Shown: piece after piece, positions 51,959 through 59,816 of the stretch
Position numbering within the stretch: the stretch's first letter is position 1
Layout: every line of letters starts with the position of its first letter
Assembly: GCA_963667845.2 (NCBI GenBank)
Contig: CAXXVL010000002.1
Location: 3,136,001 to 3,200,000 of the forward strand
Length of the DNA: 64,000 bases
Direction: 5' to 3'
From: Smithellaceae bacterium
GTDB taxonomy: Bacteria; Desulfobacterota; Syntrophia; Syntrophales; Smithellaceae
Position numbers and translations under genes: made by a program
The notes under the pieces: generated by a model
Told to the model about the DNA's origin: nothing
What the model saw: the letters and a program-made list of their open reading frames with translations, nothing else
Databases searched by the model: none

Positions 51959-52173
51959 ATCTCCCGGCCTGAAAGCAAATGGACTACCCGTGTTCGGCAT
52001 CCGTTTACAATCGTGTTCGCCGCGTTATGGTACAACTACACGTCCCGGTCACAGTCTGCTTCGGACAATTCTTACGACAATTATCGTGGAAGCCCGATTT
52101 CAGCGTTGACCGTTCTCAACGTGCCGGTCCTTCACTGGGCGTTATTACAGCCAAATCCTACAGCTGACCAGAT
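51959..52173 (-). ncRNA. Candidate large structured non-coding/leader RNA of unrecognised family
   Basis: About 11 mutually compatible short helices found by eye, with G-U pairs favouring the minus strand; all three minus frames are interrupted by stops. Confidence 0.5.
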
Positions 52174-52403
52174 CTTTTTTATTGCTCCTTTTTTTCTATT
52201 CATTGTTGCGAAGGAATTCTTCATACGATACATTTCATGCCAGCTGTTCAATAATTCCATTATTAGGTTGCGGCTCGCCGGACCAAGGACGATATTGCTG
52301 ATTTTTCCAGAGCAGCTGATTTTCGAATGTTTATTTCTACGCTCGAAGAATTTTGAATAAAGATTAGTGACTATCTGATCAGGATCGCACGTCCATCACA
52401 TTC

Positions 52404-52434
52404 AAAAAAAATGCCCCGTAAAACGGGGCATTTT
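52404..52434. terminator. Intrinsic terminator after the cold-shock gene
   Basis: AAAATGCCCCGT-AAA-ACGGGGCATTTT perfect inverted repeat, T8 on the minus strand. Confidence 0.9.
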
Positions 52435-52458
52435 GTTAAGATTAATTACCTGGAATGA

Positions 52459-52659
52459 TTATAGTGGCTGCACGTTTGCAGCGCTGGGGCCTTTGTTACC
52501 CTGTTCAATATCGAAACGGATTCTCTGACCCTCATAAAGAGTTTTGAAACCTGTTCCGGAAATTGCACTATAATGAACGAAAACATCTCCACCCTCATCA
52601 TTTTCAATGAATCCGAACCCCTTCTTCTCGTTGAACCACTTAACTTTTCCTTCTGCCAA
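52459..52659 (-). CDS. Cold-shock protein (CspA family)
   Basis: [15 protein letters not shown] and DVFVHYS; GGGGG SD then TTG start. Confidence 0.96.
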   Translation of the reverse strand: MAEGKVKWFNEKKGFGFIENDEGGDVFVHYSAISGTGFKTLYEGQRIRFDIEQGNKGPSAANVQPL

Positions 52660-52782
52660 TGCTATAAGTCCCCCTTTCAAAAATTTGTTTCTTCCGGTTC
52701 TCGACCTTCAGAAACTAAAAAACCGCACGAATTCTTTTTTGGATTAAGAATTCTCTGCGGTTAATTTTTCTTTGTGTAAAAC

Positions 52783-52811
52783 AATCTAAGCACTACTAAT
52801 TTTCCTAACAA
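52783..52811 (-). promoter_or_regulatory. Putative sigma70 promoter of csp
   Basis: TTGTTA-N17-TAGATT with extended TG. Confidence 0.45.
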
Positions 52812-52888
52812 AAAAACCATCTATCTCTTACGATATGAGCATCTTACCTGCCCATTTGATTCCGACATTAACACCATTTTTATTAAAA

Positions 52889-53512
52889 TCAAGCTTTTTT
52901 TTCATGAATATATTTTCTCAAATGTTGAGACAGGAGCGGCTCCTGTCCCGTATAGAAATGATCCGTACCCGGCAGGATGATGAACCTCGAATGAATGGAT
53001 TGGGCTTTTTCCCTCAAGTCATCTGCATCGCAGAACTGATCGCACTCCCCGCAGATAATTAAATCCACGGCATTTTTAAGTCCTGACCAATCAAAGTCAA
53101 AATATTTTTGCGGCGGAGACACCAATATTACTGAAGGGGAAAGGCTCTGTTCGGCAAGCAGGCGGCAGCAGACCCACGCTCCGAAGGAATAACCGGCCAG
53201 AACAATTTTTTCGACACCTTGATTCTTCAAGAACTTGCAGGCTGACAAAACATCCTGCTTCTCTTCCCTGCCCTCGTCATAAATCCCGGTGCTTTCTCCG
53301 ACGCCGCGAAAGTTAAATCGTAACGTGGAATAATCGCAAGAAGAAAATACATTGCAGAGGGTTTCCACAACATTATTGTACATCGATCCGCCCATCAGAG
53401 GATGCGGATGACAAATGACAACGCCGGAATCTCCTGACGACCGATGCCATAACCCTTCACCGAGGTACACCCCATTCTTCCAGAATACTCTTTCTTCCTC
53501 GTTTATCGGCAT
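52889..53512 (-). CDS. Alpha/beta hydrolase
   Basis: CHPHPLMGGSM, RFNFRGVGES, GYSFG nucleophile elbow, DHFY. Confidence 0.9.
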   Translation of the reverse strand: MPINEEERVFWKNGVYLGEGLWHRSSGDSGVVICHPHPLMGGSMYNNVVETLCNVFSSCDYSTLRFNFRGVGESTGIYDEGREEKQDVLSACKFLKNQGVEKIVLAGYSFGAWVCCRLLAEQSLSPSVILVSPPQKYFDFDWSGLKNAVDLIICGECDQFCDADDLREKAQSIHSRFIILPGTDHFYTGQEPLLSQHLRKYIHEKKA

Positions 53513-54501
53513 TAGATTTCACCCGCGCGATGACAAGCGCATAATCCCTTTTCTTCGCAGGAGGTAAGTCCGGGCTGCTGTTCCTCGCAAATTGCTATTT
53601 TATAGATGCAACGATTCTTAAAGTTGCACCCCTTCGTTTCCGTATCGGCAGGTTCTCCCTGAATCAACCTTGCTTTTTGTTTTTTCCTCGGCTCGCATGA
53701 CGGCATGGCAGAAAGCAACATTTGCGTGTAGGGATGAAGAGGTTTTTGATACAAATTATCTTTATCCGCCAGTTCGACGATGCGTCCTAAATACATGACG
53801 GCAATTCGATCGGAAACGTGGCGAATGACATTGAGGTCATGCGAAATAAACAGATACGTTAAGCCGAATTCCTTTTTCAGGTCTTTCAGCAGATTTAAAA
53901 TTTGCGCCTGAATCGAGGCATCAAGCGCGGATACCGGCTCATCGGCCACGACCAGAGCGGGCTTGAGCGCAAGCGCCCGGGCAATACCGATCCGTTGCCT
54001 CTGTCCGCCGCTGAATTCGTGCGGATAACGCTTAGTCTGTTCCTGGCTCAAACCGACCTTGATCATCAGGCGGACGGCCGTTTTTCGGTTTTCTTCGCGG
54101 TTCGCAATCCTATGTATATTGAGCGGCTCTTGAACGATGCGGAGAGCCGACTCCCGGGGATTCAGGGAAGAATACGGATCCTGAAAAATCATCTGTACGA
54201 GACGTCGATATTTTTTTAAATCGTCAGTCGACATCTCGGAGATATTTTCATCTTTAAAAAAGATATTCCCCGCATCCGGTTTCTCCAGTCTCATCAGCAA
54301 CCGCGCCAGTGTTGATTTTCCGCAGCCTGATTCGCCGACCAGGCCAAGGGTTTCACCCTCGAATATTTGCAGATCAACGCCGTCAACGGCCTGAACAATT
54401 CTGGGCTTGTTTTGCAGGAATCCCCCGCCCAGAGAATATTTTTTTACCAGTTTTTGAATATCAATTAAAACAGATGCCATGGAGGACAGGGACTCCTTCA
54501 T
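53512..54501 (-). CDS. Oligo/dipeptide ABC transporter ATPase (OppF/DppF-like)
   Basis: GESGCGKS, FSGGQRQR, DEPVSALD, HPYT. Confidence 0.93.
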   Translation of the reverse strand: MKESLSSMASVLIDIQKLVKKYSLGGGFLQNKPRIVQAVDGVDLQIFEGETLGLVGESGCGKSTLARLLMRLEKPDAGNIFFKDENISEMSTDDLKKYRRLVQMIFQDPYSSLNPRESALRIVQEPLNIHRIANREENRKTAVRLMIKVGLSQEQTKRYPHEFSGGQRQRIGIARALALKPALVVADEPVSALDASIQAQILNLLKDLKKEFGLTYLFISHDLNVIRHVSDRIAVMYLGRIVELADKDNLYQKPLHPYTQMLLSAMPSCEPRKKQKARLIQGEPADTETKGCNFKNRCIYKIAICEEQQPGLTSCEEKGLCACHRAGEI

Positions 54502-55484
54502 TGAACTTTTCTTTGGGCAATGAAGCAGGAAACGAAATGCCCCTCTTCAATTTCCATCAACTCCGGTTCCCGGGCAAGACATTCGTTCTCGGCAAGTGTG
54601 CAGCGTTCCGAAAAACGGCAGCCGGAAGGAAGATCATAGAGACTCGGAACCGTTCCAGGAATGGTTTTCAAATGACCGTCACTGTCTTCCGGGGCACTTG
54701 TGCAGCCTGGACGAGATGCGATCAGGCCGCGGGTATACGGGTGTAAAGGACGGGCAAACAGTTTATCCACGGCCGCGGTTTCCACCACTTTACCGGCGTA
54801 CATCACCGCAATGTCCTGTGCCACTTCCGCTACAATGCCCAGATCATGGGTAATGAGAATAACCGCCATATTGTTTTTCTCTTTCAGATCGGCAATCAGA
54901 TTCAGAATCTGAGCTTGAATCGTAACATCCAGTGCCGTAGTCGGTTCATCAGCCAGCAGCAATTGAGGATGACAAGACATGGCCATGGCAATCATCACGC
55001 GCTGGCGCATGCCTCCGCTCAACTGATGCGGGTAATCTTTTATTCTTCGCTCGGGCTCAGGAATGCCTACCTCGCCCAATAGCTTGACGCTCATCGACAG
55101 AGCTTCTTTGTCCGGGACATGCTGATGTAAACGGATCGCCTCCGCAATCTGATCTCCGATGCGCAAAACAGGATTCAGTGACGTCATCGGTTCCTGAAAG
55201 ATCATGGCAATATCTTTACCGCGCTTCTCCCGCATGGCTTCTTCGGACAGCGAGAGCAAATCCTGCCCATCGAACAATATCCGACCTTCGGCGATTCGGC
55301 CGCCCGATGGAATCAGCCTCATGATGGAAAGCGCCAGCATTGTTTTTCCGCAACCCGACTCTCCGACAATGCCCAGCGTCTCACCGGCATTCAAAGCCAG
55401 AGAAACGCCATCTACCGCCTTAATCACACCTCTCGTCGTTGAAAATACGGTTCTCAGATCCTGAATATTCAGAAGAGGCGGCAT
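54498..55484 (-). CDS. Oligo/dipeptide ABC transporter ATPase (OppD/DppD-like)
   Basis: GESGCGKT, LSGGMRQR, DEPTTALD, C-terminal Cys cluster. Confidence 0.93.
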   Translation of the reverse strand: MPPLLNIQDLRTVFSTTRGVIKAVDGVSLALNAGETLGIVGESGCGKTMLALSIMRLIPSGGRIAEGRILFDGQDLLSLSEEAMREKRGKDIAMIFQEPMTSLNPVLRIGDQIAEAIRLHQHVPDKEALSMSVKLLGEVGIPEPERRIKDYPHQLSGGMRQRVMIAMAMSCHPQLLLADEPTTALDVTIQAQILNLIADLKEKNNMAVILITHDLGIVAEVAQDIAVMYAGKVVETAAVDKLFARPLHPYTRGLIASRPGCTSAPEDSDGHLKTIPGTVPSLYDLPSGCRFSERCTLAENECLAREPELMEIEEGHFVSCFIAQRKVQ

Positions 55485-55485
55485 A

Positions 55486-56988
55486 CTACTCTTTCTTGCA
55501 ACGATTTTGCAGGTATTCAAGAAGCAGACGCACCGTCACACCTGATGCGCCTTTCGGAATATACGCTTTGTCTTTCGCTGTCCAGGAGGGACCGGCAATA
55601 TCCAGATGCACCCACGGCAGGTCTTCCACGAATTTACTTAAGAAAGCAGCCGCCGTGATCGCTCCGGCCATACGTCCCGCGCTGTTTTTGTAATCAGCAA
55701 TATCGCTCTTGATCAGCTCCGAATAGTTTTCCCAAAGGGGCAATTCCCAGACCAATTCTCCGGTCGTCTGTCCCGCCTGATAAATCTCCCTTTTCGCTTT
55801 CTCGTCCGTCCCCAGCATACCGATAACGTCTTCGCCCAATGCCACGATGCATGCTCCGGTCAGAGTGGCGATGTCAATAATGCCCACTGGTTTATACTTC
55901 GATGCGTACGTTAAGGCATCGGCTAAAATCAGACGCCCTTCGGCATCGGTATTCAAAACTTCAATTGTCCGGCCCGAATAAGATCTCAGGATATCGCCGG
56001 GCTTCAATGCGCCTCCGCCGGACATGTTTTCCGTGGCGGGTACCAGCCCCACAAGATTCACCGGCAGCCTCAAATCCGCAGCCGCCATAATCACCGCCAT
56101 GACGGCCGCACCGCCGGACATATCCGTTTTCATCTCATCCATTTTTTCCGCGGGCTTTAAAGAAATTCCGCCGCTGTCAAAGGTCAGTCCTTTGCCGACG
56201 AGAGCCAGCGGGGCATCCGCTTTTTTCCCACCGTAATACTCCAGGATAATCAGCTTCGGCGGCTGGTGACTGCCCGACGCAACACCCAGGAGCGCATTCA
56301 TGCCCAGCGCTTTCATTTTCCCCTTATCCAGCACTTGGCATCTGACGTTCTTCTTTTTAGCGATCGCGGCGGCATGTTCCGCTAGAATCGAAGGCGTCAT
56401 CTCGTTGGACGGCGAAGAAGTTAGGTCCCGCGCAAAACACACGGCATCGGTAATGATCGATGCCTTCCTGACTTCTTCCATAAGCAGGGAATACTCGCTG
56501 GAATCAGTCACAATCGCCAGTTGACGCATTTCCTTGATTTCATCACATCCGACGGTTTTGTAAGGCGTGTATTGATATAACCCGAGGCGCGCTCCCTCCA
56601 CCACGGCGGCTATGACTTTCTTCTTCTGTTCCGGCAGAAGACTCCAATCCATGATTGTCGTGGCTTCCTTAATATTCAATCCACGCAGATGCTGCATGAC
56701 TCTGGCAAAAGCGCTGCGAATCTTTTCCAGATTCAATTCCTTTCTCTTACCCAGACCCACCAGGGCAATTCTTTTTGCCGTCATGGCGCCTCGCGCATAG
56801 ACGACGCATACTTCAGATGGCCGGCCTACGAAATCACCGCTTTTCATGACATCGCCGATCAGTCCGTTCGTCTTTTTATCCACGTCAAATGCCGCGCACT
56901 GCAAGTCTTTCTCGCCTTCGCAAAAAGCCAGGATAACGGTTTCGGTTTTCGCATCCGTCAGCTTTCCTTTTTGAACCGTAATTTTCAA
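55486..56988 (-). CDS. pepA: Leucyl aminopeptidase (M17)
   Basis: GKGLTFDSGG, MKTDM, NTDAEGRL; AAGGAGG SD then TTG start. Confidence 0.96.
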   Translation of the reverse strand: MKITVQKGKLTDAKTETVILAFCEGEKDLQCAAFDVDKKTNGLIGDVMKSGDFVGRPSEVCVVYARGAMTAKRIALVGLGKRKELNLEKIRSAFARVMQHLRGLNIKEATTIMDWSLLPEQKKKVIAAVVEGARLGLYQYTPYKTVGCDEIKEMRQLAIVTDSSEYSLLMEEVRKASIITDAVCFARDLTSSPSNEMTPSILAEHAAAIAKKKNVRCQVLDKGKMKALGMNALLGVASGSHQPPKLIILEYYGGKKADAPLALVGKGLTFDSGGISLKPAEKMDEMKTDMSGGAAVMAVIMAAADLRLPVNLVGLVPATENMSGGGALKPGDILRSYSGRTIEVLNTDAEGRLILADALTYASKYKPVGIIDIATLTGACIVALGEDVIGMLGTDEKAKREIYQAGQTTGELVWELPLWENYSELIKSDIADYKNSAGRMAGAITAAAFLSKFVEDLPWVHLDIAGPSWTAKDKAYIPKGASGVTVRLLLEYLQNRCKKE

Positions 56989-57211
56989 GTGAACCTCCTT
57001 AACCTTAAACCCTCCAACTCGATGGGTTTTTCCGTAATAGCATATCAATAATAAAAGTCAATTGATAGTCAGGCAGCAAATACAGAAAACTGCTTTCTCA
57101 TCCGAACAGGTACTCTCGACGACTCCTTCAGTGGCGAGACTATTTCTTAATGCAGGGATCGCGTTTCGGCGGACCCTGATATTTTGCCAAAAGTAACTTA
57201 CGAAATAAGAT

Positions 57212-57240
57212 TGTGACTTTTTCCATTCAGAAAATGTATA
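57212..57240 (+). promoter_or_regulatory. Possible ECF-sigma-type promoter of the pilin cassette
   Basis: TGTGAC(TTT)-N17-TGTATA about 55 nt upstream of the first gene; resemblance to ECF promoters is inference. Confidence 0.35.
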
Positions 57241-57294
57241 TGGATTCAGATAGTGCGAAATACGTAATCCACCCTTCATGCATCGCACATTAAA

Positions 57295-57927
57295 ATGCAG
57301 GAAAATAATATGGACGATTTCAAAGATTTGACAGATAATATCGCGAAACTTCCCGTTGTTCAACCGCCGGAGGATTTGTCGTCTCAAGTAATGATGTCAA
57401 TCGAGCAGATCGAAACAAGTTTCTATTCCCGCATATGGAATGCTATTACTCGTTGCCGACAATTTTCACTTAATCCCTCCCGCGCTCTGCGCGGCCAATC
57501 GGATCACAAAGAAATCTTTATCTATTTTATGATTATCGCTGTCGCCCATCTGGCCTTTGCCCTGGTTTTACTTGCAGGTTTCCGGAGCGTTAATATGAAG
57601 ATGCTTCTGCCGTCGGTTATCCTGTTTCAACCACTGCTGATGCTCCTTCTTGCCGGATGCCTGATTTTGGGTGGACTGTTTTTGAGGAGAAACACGTTAA
57701 CCAGCATCAAAATATCGCGTGCAACAACACTGATTTACATGGAAGTGGTAATCATCAATGGCATTCTTTTGTGTATTGAATTCAATCGGATTACCTTTTT
57801 GATTCCGTTTATCACGGTTATTGCCGGCGGGACTCTTACTGCCGGAATCTTTCTGACGCTGATTTCCACCGACAATACACAGAGTCGTCGGAAGGACGTT
57901 TGTCACAGTTCGCAACCGCAGAGATGA
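57295..57927 (+). CDS. Membrane protein, putative anti-sigma factor
   Basis: N-terminal L..LPVVQPPEDLSSQVM..I helix typical of anti-sigma N-termini, followed by about 4 TM helices. Confidence 0.5.
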   Translation: MQENNMDDFKDLTDNIAKLPVVQPPEDLSSQVMMSIEQIETSFYSRIWNAITRCRQFSLNPSRALRGQSDHKEIFIYFMIIAVAHLAFALVLLAGFRSVNMKMLLPSVILFQPLLMLLLAGCLILGGLFLRRNTLTSIKISRATTLIYMEVVIINGILLCIEFNRITFLIPFITVIAGGTLTAGIFLTLISTDNTQSRRKDVCHSSQPQR

Positions 57928-57962
57928 CACAAAGTAATGCACGCACGATGGACCATTTGATC

Positions 57963-58412
57963 ATGATGAAAGCAAAAAATGAACTTGGATTTACAATTCT
58001 CGAGGTAGCAGCCGTTCTCGTCGTTCTCGGCATCCTTGTTGCGGTGGCCGTGAGCCGCATTACCGCAACAGGGAATGAGCTCTATACGGAGAGGGACCTC
58101 TTGAAATCTAACCTTCGGTTTGCCCAGTTCAAAGCATTGAGCAATAATACTGACAGTACAACAACTTGGGGAATAAGTTTTTCCGGCGGCTCATATAAAC
58201 TTCAGAATAACGGCGCCGACACCACCGTTTATTTTCCCTCCGACAACTCCGCCACGCATACACTGTCGGGCAATGTTATGGTGTCCGTCCCGGCCTCCGT
58301 CACTTACAATTATTGGGGTAGCCCCGGGACAGCCGACATCACCGTCACGCTCAACCAGGGAGGGCAAACCGCCAGCTTTACAATAATAAGAACAACCGGA
58401 TTCATACAATGA
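57963..58412 (+). CDS. Prepilin-type minor pilin (FimT/GspH-like)
   Basis: Class III signal G|FTILE plus hydrophobic helix; LKSNLRFAQ. Confidence 0.88.
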   Translation: MMKAKNELGFTILEVAAVLVVLGILVAVAVSRITATGNELYTERDLLKSNLRFAQFKALSNNTDSTTTWGISFSGGSYKLQNNGADTTVYFPSDNSATHTLSGNVMVSVPASVTYNYWGSPGTADITVTLNQGGQTASFTIIRTTGFIQ

Positions 58413-59245
58413 AATCTTACGCCGTCAAAACATCGCGAGGTTTTACTCTCATTGAGGTTATTATCACGATCGTCGTCTTGGCTTTTCTTGCTGCGATGAT
58501 GGCTTCCTATTTCGGCACATCCTTTTATCGAAGCAGTTCTTCCATCTTCAACCTGAAGAAATCTCAGGAACTGTATCAGATCATGGAGAAAATTTCCGCA
58601 AAATACACCGAATACCCACGCTGGCGAAAGAGTACGGCATATGCATCCGGAATGGTTATCCTGGCCACGGCGGCGTCCGCCAATCAGGGCAGGTTTCGTT
58701 CCGGCGGTGGAACCAGCGGCACTGCAGAACCCGTGTGGAACAACATATCTGCAGGTGCAACCACGACCGACGGCTCAATTACCTGGACGTATGTCGGTCC
58801 GTCACCGGAACTCGCCTATCGCAAATGGAGTCCGAGCACACCGTACTTGGCAGGGACCGTTATCGTTCCTCAAATATCTCACTGGAATGGTTTCAAATAT
58901 TCCAGTAGCGGCACAAGCGGAACAAGCGGCGCAACAGAGCCGACGTGGCCCACAACAGTCGGCGGCACTGTTGCCGACGGCGCAATACTTATTTGGACGA
59001 ACACCGGCGCTGTTGAAACAGATTTACAGTCAACTATCGGCACTGAGGGACAGGATATGGACAACAGTTTCGGCAGGTATCGCGTCATCGACAATCACTG
59101 CATCAGATTCAACGCATCTGTAGAAGCGGCCTGCGATACAACCTGTCTGGAATATGGGCAATATCTAAAAGTTACTATTGGTTTCCGCTCGGATGATTCC
59201 GGTAGGACGGCGGAGACGCTGACTACCTTATTTGTTCGGCGTTAG
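58409..59245 (+). CDS. Prepilin-type minor pilin with two inserted ~63-aa Trp-rich repeats
   Basis: G|FTLIE; two copies of W..ST.Y..G.VI...GTSG..EP.W......DG...WT. Confidence 0.85.
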   Translation: MKSYAVKTSRGFTLIEVIITIVVLAFLAAMMASYFGTSFYRSSSSIFNLKKSQELYQIMEKISAKYTEYPRWRKSTAYASGMVILATAASANQGRFRSGGGTSGTAEPVWNNISAGATTTDGSITWTYVGPSPELAYRKWSPSTPYLAGTVIVPQISHWNGFKYSSSGTSGTSGATEPTWPTTVGGTVADGAILIWTNTGAVETDLQSTIGTEGQDMDNSFGRYRVIDNHCIRFNASVEAACDTTCLEYGQYLKVTIGFRSDDSGRTAETLTTLFVRR

Positions 59246-59256
59246 GATGGGCAAAG

Positions 59257-59805
59257 ATGCGCAAGGGTCTAACCCTAAATTGTAACGGTTTCACGTTGAT
59301 TGAGGTCATCGTCTCCATGCTTTTAGTAGGCATTATGGCAGTCCTCGCCGGCATGGGACTGGTCGTGATCACGCAAGGTTATTTCTTCTCACAGCAAAGT
59401 AATGAAACGTCGTTGAAGGCTCAGGTGACCATGGCCAGAATGATCAAGGAGATCGGCCTGCAAGACCCCAAAGCCGAAGATTACATCATAAAAGCGGCCT
59501 CGGATACTTCTATAGGTTTAACTTACACGGATCCGGTAGCAGCGACGGTGGTGAACCATACAATTGCGCTTTCCGGCACGGAGATTCAGATCGATGGTAT
59601 TACACTGGCAGACAAGGTCGCAGCCTTTAACCTCCGTTATTACAAGTTTGATACTTCCGGTAATCCGCAAGAGTTGACGCCGCCGCTCGCCGCTGCAAAT
59701 CTGTCTTCAATTCGCCGCGTCGATATATCGTTTAGTCTGCACGGCGCGGATAACGTCGCATCAACCTTTGCCGACACGGTCAAGGTCCAGGAGCCATTCT
59801 ACTAG
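59257..59805 (+). CDS. Prepilin-type minor pilin (PilW/GspJ-like)
   Basis: G|FTLIE, MARMIKEI, FNLRYY, IRRVDISFSL. Confidence 0.88.
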   Translation: MRKGLTLNCNGFTLIEVIVSMLLVGIMAVLAGMGLVVITQGYFFSQQSNETSLKAQVTMARMIKEIGLQDPKAEDYIIKAASDTSIGLTYTDPVAATVVNHTIALSGTEIQIDGITLADKVAAFNLRYYKFDTSGNPQELTPPLAAANLSSIRRVDISFSLHGADNVASTFADTVKVQEPFY

Positions 59806-59816
59806 GGGGAATAATC

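Noticed and set aside
51960..52110. RNase P or cobalamin riboswitch-like words (GAAATCGGGCTTCCAC, ACTGTGACCGGG, CGGGTAG)
   Set aside because: Universal RNase P motifs (GAGGAAAGTCC, AGAACCCGGCTTA) and the B12 box are absent
51955..52140. SAM-I riboswitch resemblance (GAAGGACCGGCAC..CAAC..TGCC..GGGAGATGAG)
   Set aside because: No 5' P1 (YTTATC) strand or GCAACC/GGTGC P3, spacing too long, and the gene context does not fit; kept only as an unknown RNA candidate
52228..52243. Possible sigma54 promoter TGGCATG on the minus strand
   Set aside because: The -12 GC dinucleotide is missing
52013..52360. 115-aa + strand ORF and neighbouring short ORFs between miaA and csp
   Set aside because: No SD or recognisable motifs; TGA-interrupted minus frames gave no selenoprotein-like context
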